Part shown: positions 57,798-64,000 of the stretch, piece by piece
How positions within the stretch are numbered: the first letter of the stretch is position 1
Layout: the number at the start of each line of letters is the position of its first letter
From: Sedimentisphaeraceae bacterium JB056
Lineage (GTDB): Bacteria > Planctomycetota > Phycisphaerae > Sedimentisphaerales > Sedimentisphaeraceae
NCBI GenBank assembly: GCA_044440125.1
Contig: JBITAJ010000012.1
Location: 128,001 to 192,000, forward strand
DNA length: 64,000 nucleotides
Direction: 5' to 3'
The notes under the pieces: generated by a model
Seen by the model: the letters and a program-made list of their open reading frames with translations, nothing else
Told to the model about the DNA's origin: nothing
Databases searched by the model: none
Made by a program: the position numbers and the translations under genes

Positions 57798-57810
57798 GGT
57801 TAGGTTTTTT

Positions 57811-59892
57811 ATGAAAAAGACAGTTTACTTAGTGGTACTTTTCTGTATATCTTTAGTTTTTGCCGGTAATTTTGATAATCCGATTCAGGATTTGGATTTT
57901 ACTTATTCACAAGAGGCTATTCAGGCTCTGATGCAGCAAGCAGAGGAGACTAAGCCTGATCGCATCAAAGATGCATTTGAAAATACCACCGGCGAAGGAT
58001 TGAGGGAGGGTATGTGCCCGTATTTCGCCGCTCTTTGGCTTGGCAATGACCTTGACAAGGTGAATGCGAGATTGCTGGAATTATACACTACCGAGGATAC
58101 TGACCTTCAGGAAAAATACAGGCTCAATGATCCGTGGTGTCTGGCAGCTAACCAGCAACTTTATCATATGTATTATGCTTTCGGCAGCAAGGGAAATGTT
58201 GCCCCGGGACGTTTATATCCGGAAACGGAGAAGGCGGTGCTTGAGTTTTTGTGGAATCGGCTCAAATACAAAAATGATATTCATCTGGCAAGGCAAAGTA
58301 CATGGTGGATGATAGGTAGCGAAAATCATGATTTGGTTTCTAAGGTGAGCAGTTTAATATCGTCGCAGATTTTTATGAACGAGCCGGACTACAAAGACCG
58401 CATCTATCCCGACCTTGGGACAGGAGGCGGTCATGCTTACTGGTTCCATCATATGTATGCCAAGGAACGCATTAAGGGCCCTGAGGGACGTGCTGATTAC
58501 AAAGATGGTAAAGAGTATACGGCGGCCGATCATTATAATGCGTGGATTAATTATTTTGATGAGTATTTTACAGAGAGGGCGAAGAAGGGATTCTTTCTTG
58601 AGGTTGCATCTCCCGGATATATGGCGGTTAGCGTTTCTTACCTGACCGATATCTATGATCTTTGCGAAGATAAAAAGCTGACAGACAAGGCAGAGAAGTT
58701 TCTTGATCTTGTCTGGGCGGATTGGTCGCAGGATCAGCTTAACGGCGTACGCGGCGGCGGCAAGACCCGTGCAAGCGGACATAATCGCGGCGACCGATGG
58801 GCCGATTCTATGTATAAGATGTCGCGGTTTTATTTTGGCGGTGAAGGTAATTCGGGAACTCATTTCTTCACGCAGCTTCTAAGCAGTTATGAGCTTAAAC
58901 CGATTATCTGGAAGATTGCCTTCGATCGGGAGGGGTTAGGTGAGTTTGAATATATATCCCGAAAGCCCGGTGAGGAGGAGAATGTGTGGCCAAGGCCTCT
59001 GGGAGCTGAACGCACTATGCTGTGCGATACTGAGTCTCGTTTTGTTCGTTACAGTTGGGTGACGCCTGACTATATCATTGGATGCCAGATGGACCATCCC
59101 GCGGCAGTTCACAGTCATTTGAGTTGTCAGGCTCGCTGGCAGGGTGTCATATTCAAAGGAGAAAACGGTCCGAGAGTTTTTCCGACGGCTCTGAAGAAAG
59201 ATGATGATGGCTGCTGGGCTGAAGATACAAGCGGCTACAGCAGGGTTGTGCAGGATAGAAATGTGATGCTGGTTCAGCAGGCTCGCAATTTTGTTCAGGT
59301 GAACCCTGATTGGTTCCCGGGGAAATCAAAATATAATTTTGACTATGGTGTGAGTTTTTACGAAGATCTCGACAATGTGGTTGAGAAGGACGGCTGGATA
59401 TTTGTTGAACATGGAGATGCTTATCTGGCGGTAAGAGTGGTTGTTGGAGAATATTCACAAGGCTGGAGGATATTGAAAGATGATGCTACACCGGGGCTTA
59501 CAAGTGAACTTGTTGAAGACAGTTATCAATGGAGCAAGGATAGGAATTTTATTCATATTAAGGATAATTATGCCGGTATGATTTTTGAAACGTCCCGACG
59601 TGAGCATCACAAAAGTCTTGATGCATTTATTTCCGACATACTTGATAATCCTTTATCTCTTGATAAGACCGTCGTTCCTGGTTGGCATATTCTTCGTTAT
59701 CGTGGTTGCGGCGAAGATGCAAAAGAGATTTATTTCAACCTGGCCAATAATGAGATGCCGATGGTTGACGGCGAAAGAATTGATTATTCTCCAGAGATGC
59801 TTTTTGACAGTCCATATATGAAGTCAGTATACAATAGCGGTGTTATAGAGGTTGTCAAAGGCGGTAAGAAGATGCTTTTGAATTTTAATTAA
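57811..59892 (+). CDS. SENH-family paralog 8 (QMDHP subgroup, no N-terminal CBM-like domain)
   Basis: IGSENH; RAKKGFFLEVASPGY; QMDHPAAVHSHLS. Confidence 0.7.
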   Translation: MKKTVYLVVLFCISLVFAGNFDNPIQDLDFTYSQEAIQALMQQAEETKPDRIKDAFENTTGEGLREGMCPYFAALWLGNDLDKVNARLLELYTTEDTDLQEKYRLNDPWCLAANQQLYHMYYAFGSKGNVAPGRLYPETEKAVLEFLWNRLKYKNDIHLARQSTWWMIGSENHDLVSKVSSLISSQIFMNEPDYKDRIYPDLGTGGGHAYWFHHMYAKERIKGPEGRADYKDGKEYTAADHYNAWINYFDEYFTERAKKGFFLEVASPGYMAVSVSYLTDIYDLCEDKKLTDKAEKFLDLVWADWSQDQLNGVRGGGKTRASGHNRGDRWADSMYKMSRFYFGGEGNSGTHFFTQLLSSYELKPIIWKIAFDREGLGEFEYISRKPGEEENVWPRPLGAERTMLCDTESRFVRYSWVTPDYIIGCQMDHPAAVHSHLSCQARWQGVIFKGENGPRVFPTALKKDDDGCWAEDTSGYSRVVQDRNVMLVQQARNFVQVNPDWFPGKSKYNFDYGVSFYEDLDNVVEKDGWIFVEHGDAYLAVRVVVGEYSQGWRILKDDATPGLTSELVEDSYQWSKDRNFIHIKDNYAGMIFETSRREHHKSLDAFISDILDNPLSLDKTVVPGWHILRYRGCGEDAKEIYFNLANNEMPMVDGERIDYSPEMLFDSPYMKSVYNSGVIEVVKGGKKMLLNFN

Positions 59893-60000
59893 AGTTTCCA
59901 AAATAAGGATGGAGGTGAAAAATGACATAACTTAGTTTTGTGAAAGGTGCGGTTCGTTTAAAAGTAGTAATGATTTATTGTTTTAAGTGAGGTTAGAGTA

Positions 60001-63000
60001 ATGAAAAAAATTGTTATCTCTGTAATGTTGATGTTTGTTATTACTTTATTGGTGAATGCTGATATTGTTGATGACCGAAGTGATGATGTGTTGTCGGGAT
60101 ACATAAACGATCCATGGCCAGACCCGAATTCTACAACAGACGGTGAAAAGCTCTGGGGCAGAGCCGGGTATGCATTGGCGTGTCTGTATATGAATACTGA
60201 TACTGCAAAAGCCAATGACTACATCGATTGGATTCATGACAATTATAATGTGGCCACAGGTACGGATATTGGTTTTGACAGTTATTTCAAGATGCCTATG
60301 CTCTGGCGTTTGTATCTGGATCCAACAACAAATGCAAGGCTGACATCTACGAGTATTGACGACATAGAAGAAATGATGTGGAGATGGGTTTACAGCAGGA
60401 GTACTGTTGCCGATGCACAGGACAGTGTTTGGCGGATTCAGGATAGTGAAAATCATGATGCCGTGCAAAAATCCTGTTATCTCCTGGCATGTCAGGCTTT
60501 GATTGATGCCGGTTCACCTTATGGCCCGAGTGTTACTTTGGATGATGGCAATACTCTTCAAGAACATTATGATGCCTGGGTAAAATACTGGTTTGAATAT
60601 TTCCGCCAGCGTGTCAGAGATGGTTTGTCTTGTGAGATAGCTTCTCCGGGTTATGCAAAATATACCTTAGCGTGTTACTATAATATATATGATCTTACTG
60701 ATAATACTGCGCTTGCATATATGGCTGAAGATATGCTGACGGTTTACTGGGCCGATGCCGCAAGTGATTTTCTGCCTGCGACAGGTCTGCGTGGTGGGGC
60801 TGAGACAAGGGCGTACAAAGACGCTTTGAGTAATGGCAGTGATTCGGTTCAGGATCTGGTATATTGTTATGACTGGCATGATAATGTGCCTGATAATGTC
60901 CATCCTTATCTGCTTACGTCTATAGCTTCTTCATATCGTAATCCTGCGATTGTAGACCTTATTGCTTCTGACAGAACTAAAGAACCTTATATCCACACCA
61001 CGCGTCGTTTTGGTCGCGGAGGTAATTGGGTAAACAACGAATACACTGTTACATTTGATACCGATCAGGCATCCAATATGTCTCGTCAGACTTATGTCGA
61101 TCGGGACTACGTTATGGGTACTCTGTCGCTTGATACTTCTGATGGGTATATCGCTCTTGTCGATCAGAACCGCATGATGGGAGTATTTTTTGCTGCAGAT
61201 GCTGATGACCGAATTGCCATTCATGGTAAAGGTACTTATGACAGCGGGCGAACCGGTATGACCGAAATTCACGGTGTTTGCGGCGATCAGTGCATGATTG
61301 TTGCTCGTGACAGCGGGGCGTATAATAGTGACGGCACAAGAATTTTCCTCTCTGACGGCGAGCTTGAAGATAATATTGTATCTGATTCGGGTTGGATATT
61401 TACCAAGACAGGTCCTTACGGAGCAGACGGCAGGTATTTTGTTCCTGACGATAACTCTGCTGACAAAAGCCGTGAAAATAATTTACTGCTTGGAACCAGT
61501 ACTTCAAGCTTCAGCGGTACAGAACCTGCAATAACCGCAGCCAATACCGGTTATGACAGTACGGGCAGCGCACTGGATTTTGATGGTACTGACGATCTTG
61601 CTTATTCTTCGAAAGGTTGGGCGGGGCACGATTCTGTTGAGATAGACCTTTATTTCAATGCTGATGTTGACAATCTTGGTACTCAGCTTCTTGTCAATGC
61701 TATAAGCACATGGCAGGTTGCGATCAATTATGATGATGTCTCTTTCACTGTATGGACTGATCTTTCTGCACGTACGCTTTCTATTGCCGATGTCGTTTCT
61801 ACAGGCACATGGCAGCATCTCGTTGCAAGCATTGATGCCAGCGGTAATATGAGTCTGGCTGTTGATACCAGTTCCACAAGTGGCAGCGGTGATACTCTTA
61901 AACAGCAGTCAAAAGATATCGTTCTTGGTAATAAACCCGGGACTACCAGATGGCTTAACGGTAAACTCGATGCAGTTGAGATTTCTGTGCCGAGCAGCAG
62001 TGAAGTGCTTTCATGTTGGCAGATGGACAGTGAAGAGTGCCGTGATGTTTATTGCGGTATAAAGATTGCCAATGGTTCCTATACTTCCACGGCGGTAGCG
62101 GCAGGTGTGATGCTTGATCTTTCTGATATGTGGTCCCCGATTATTGTTCAGATGGGACTTGCTGAAGATTATGCGAGCTATACAGCGTTCAAAAATTCCG
62201 TAAAGGCTAACTATGTCGATTATTCAAGCGGCAGGGTTGAGTATTTTTCTGAGAATTATGATAAGTATCGTTTCTGGTCAAACAGTACTACACTGCCGCA
62301 GATTAATGATGCTGATGTTGAGCTCAATCCTACAAAGACATATGATGGTCCGTATCTGTCAGCTTATCACGGCAGTGATGTCGTAACTATCAGTCATCCC
62401 GATGCAAGTGATCTTACTATTGACATGAACTATCATTCAAGTCCGGCGTGGGATGATTACAAGACCGTTGCTTTGTGGCATATGGACATTAGTGTAAGCG
62501 GTGAAGTTATTGATGATGATCTCGAAAATTCAGGAAGAAATAACGATCTTCCTCTGACAGGCGCATCTATTACGACAGGTGATGGCGGTTATTTCGATGA
62601 GGCGTTGAGCTTTGATGGTGTTAATGACGAAGCCTCTGTTACCGGAGCATGGATCGGTGCAGAAGAATTCCAGGCGGATATGTGGATATATCCTACAGAT
62701 GGAGACGGTTCAAATATTGTACTGCAAGCCAGAAATGTATGGTCTATTGGTATTGGAAACGGCAAGCTTTCTCTGACAACATGGAACAGCAACAGCACTG
62801 CTACTGCATTGGCATGGTCAACGAATATTACTTACAATACGTGGCATCGTGTTATTGCTTCCTGTGATGCCGATGGTAATCGCAAACTGACATTGGATGG
62901 TGTAACTATAACTGATAATGCCGGTGCAGGATTGGTTACAGATTCTGCTGCGATTGATATGGGCAATAAACCTGGATATTCACGTTATTATGATGGCAAG

Positions 63001-63681
63001 ATTGATGATGTGAAGATAACGGTTCCCCAGATTACTGCTGCTGATGATACGCCCGCAGAATTTGCTGATGATGGTATTACCATTGGTTTGTGGCATTTTG
63101 ATACTTACTATACTGATGGTGATGTTTATTATCCTGATGATGACAGCGAAAATTCCGGACGTGACAATGATGTTCATGAATACAGCAGTGCTGCTTCATA
63201 TATAAGTCAGGTCTCTGGTGGTTTTGACGGGACTGGTTACGGCTTGCAGTTGGATTATTCTGCAACAGACATATATATGCTTCTGGCCGATAATTGGCCT
63301 GCTGCTGCCGACACTTTCATGTATCAGGGTTGGATAAAGCTCGGATCAGGTGATGGCGGTTATCTTGCTCATATTTATGATCAGGTATGGCTGCATTGCT
63401 ACGAAAGCACGGGCCAGATTACTTTCCAGGTTGATCCTGACACAACCGACAGCACTGACACGGTGAGTATAACAGCGGATATCAGTTCAACTACGGATTG
63501 GCAGTTTATAGAAGCCATTTATGATGGTGATCAGATCATTCTTAAAACCGAGGTGGAAACCGTTGTTTCTGCCGGAACCGGTGTGATAGTTCCTGATCGC
63601 TGCAATGTTTATATAGGCAGTCGAAAAAACAAAAATCGTTTTGTAGGATGTATGGATGAAGTAAAACTTTCTGCACCTTAA
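60001..63681 (+). CDS. SENH-family paralog 9 with three LamG-like domains, one inserted internally
   Basis: QDSENH; RVRDGLSCEIASPGY; LDFDGTDD...GKLDAVEIS; LSFDGVND...GKIDDVKIT; FVGCMDEVKLS. Confidence 0.7.
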   Translation: MKKIVISVMLMFVITLLVNADIVDDRSDDVLSGYINDPWPDPNSTTDGEKLWGRAGYALACLYMNTDTAKANDYIDWIHDNYNVATGTDIGFDSYFKMPMLWRLYLDPTTNARLTSTSIDDIEEMMWRWVYSRSTVADAQDSVWRIQDSENHDAVQKSCYLLACQALIDAGSPYGPSVTLDDGNTLQEHYDAWVKYWFEYFRQRVRDGLSCEIASPGYAKYTLACYYNIYDLTDNTALAYMAEDMLTVYWADAASDFLPATGLRGGAETRAYKDALSNGSDSVQDLVYCYDWHDNVPDNVHPYLLTSIASSYRNPAIVDLIASDRTKEPYIHTTRRFGRGGNWVNNEYTVTFDTDQASNMSRQTYVDRDYVMGTLSLDTSDGYIALVDQNRMMGVFFAADADDRIAIHGKGTYDSGRTGMTEIHGVCGDQCMIVARDSGAYNSDGTRIFLSDGELEDNIVSDSGWIFTKTGPYGADGRYFVPDDNSADKSRENNLLLGTSTSSFSGTEPAITAANTGYDSTGSALDFDGTDDLAYSSKGWAGHDSVEIDLYFNADVDNLGTQLLVNAISTWQVAINYDDVSFTVWTDLSARTLSIADVVSTGTWQHLVASIDASGNMSLAVDTSSTSGSGDTLKQQSKDIVLGNKPGTTRWLNGKLDAVEISVPSSSEVLSCWQMDSEECRDVYCGIKIANGSYTSTAVAAGVMLDLSDMWSPIIVQMGLAEDYASYTAFKNSVKANYVDYSSGRVEYFSENYDKYRFWSNSTTLPQINDADVELNPTKTYDGPYLSAYHGSDVVTISHPDASDLTIDMNYHSSPAWDDYKTVALWHMDISVSGEVIDDDLENSGRNNDLPLTGASITTGDGGYFDEALSFDGVNDEASVTGAWIGAEEFQADMWIYPTDGDGSNIVLQARNVWSIGIGNGKLSLTTWNSNSTATALAWSTNITYNTWHRVIASCDADGNRKLTLDGVTITDNAGAGLVTDSAAIDMGNKPGYSRYYDGKIDDVKITVPQITAADDTPAEFADDGITIGLWHFDTYYTDGDVYYPDDDSENSGRDNDVHEYSSAASYISQVSGGFDGTGYGLQLDYSATDIYMLLADNWPAAADTFMYQGWIKLGSGDGGYLAHIYDQVWLHCYESTGQITFQVDPDTTDSTDTVSITADISSTTDWQFIEAIYDGDQIILKTEVETVVSAGTGVIVPDRCNVYIGSRKNKNRFVGCMDEVKLSAP

Positions 63682-63702
63682 TAAATGATTTCAATAATGA
63701 AA

Positions 63703-63741
63703 GAAGCTGGGCTTAGTTCAAACTTAAGCTCAGCTTCCTTT
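63703..63741 (+). terminator. Intrinsic terminator after the paralog array
   Basis: gaagctgggctta...taagctcagcttc followed by cttt. Confidence 0.6.
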
Positions 63742-63883
63742 CGTCTATGGCAATATTAAGCTTAAAGTCTGTTTATTTGGGTAATTATAGCTACAGTTGT
63801 CTCTTAAAGATCTGTTTTTGGCCGAATTGTGCTTGTTGTTATAGCTACAATATGCTATATTGAAAATAAATAAGGACTTTGTT

Positions 63884-64000
63884 ATGAATGACACAATGAC
63901 TGAAAATCACAGAACCGAGAGCTCCCGCGACAGAATTGCCAACTATATCCGCGGAAAGATACATTCAAAAGAGTTTGCGCCCGGAGATAAATTACCTACT
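63884..64000 (+). CDS. GntR-family regulator, 3'-truncated by window edge (not in ORF track)
   Basis: RBS TAAGGA; MNDTMTENHRTESSRDRIANYIRGKIHSKEFAPGDKLPT matches the wHTH start of the 26483 GntR. Confidence 0.75.
   Translation, partial: MNDTMTENHRTESSRDRIANYIRGKIHSKEFAPGDKLPT

Overview
Bacterial chromosomal window with no rRNA, tRNA, CRISPR array, integrase or transposase seen. The DUF1559-type prepilin/H-X9-DG gene and the Cys-flanked dockerin-like GDLNxDCxV...WL modules suggest a planctomycete, probably Phycisphaerae (inference). There are four blocks. (1) 1-7.7 kb: housekeeping and sugar genes, nifS/nifU, a nested REP-like element and a frameshifted four-helix-bundle gene bracketed by 9-mer repeats. 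(2) 7.8-16.1 kb: a TetR-controlled, tightly coupled 7-gene operon (UbiA prenyltransferase, radical SAM, DAG/sphingosine-kinase family, ThiL-like kinase, old yellow enzyme, serine-palmitoyltransferase-like aminotransferase, extended SDR) that looks like an undescribed modified sphingolipid or amino-lipid pathway, with a visible operator palindrome. (3) 16.8-21.8 kb: an orphan phage DNA-packaging/modification module (HTH, split COG2401 ATPase + GNAT, small-terminase-like HTH, large terminase) interleaved with rpiB and a repeat-flanked four-helix-bundle gene; possibly domesticated or GTA-like. (4) 22.5-64 kb: sugar catabolism genes, then a ~37 kb GntR-led glycan locus. It holds a prepilin, a LamG/CBM9 protein, an O-acetylesterase, a sulfatase and nine secreted paralogs (ten domains) of a family I cannot assign, with invariant SENH and R-x3-G-x3-E-x5-Y motifs (probable new polysaccharide-lyase-like family). 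It also holds a second unknown paralog pair and several gene scars. All family assignments come from motifs read by eye; no searches were run.
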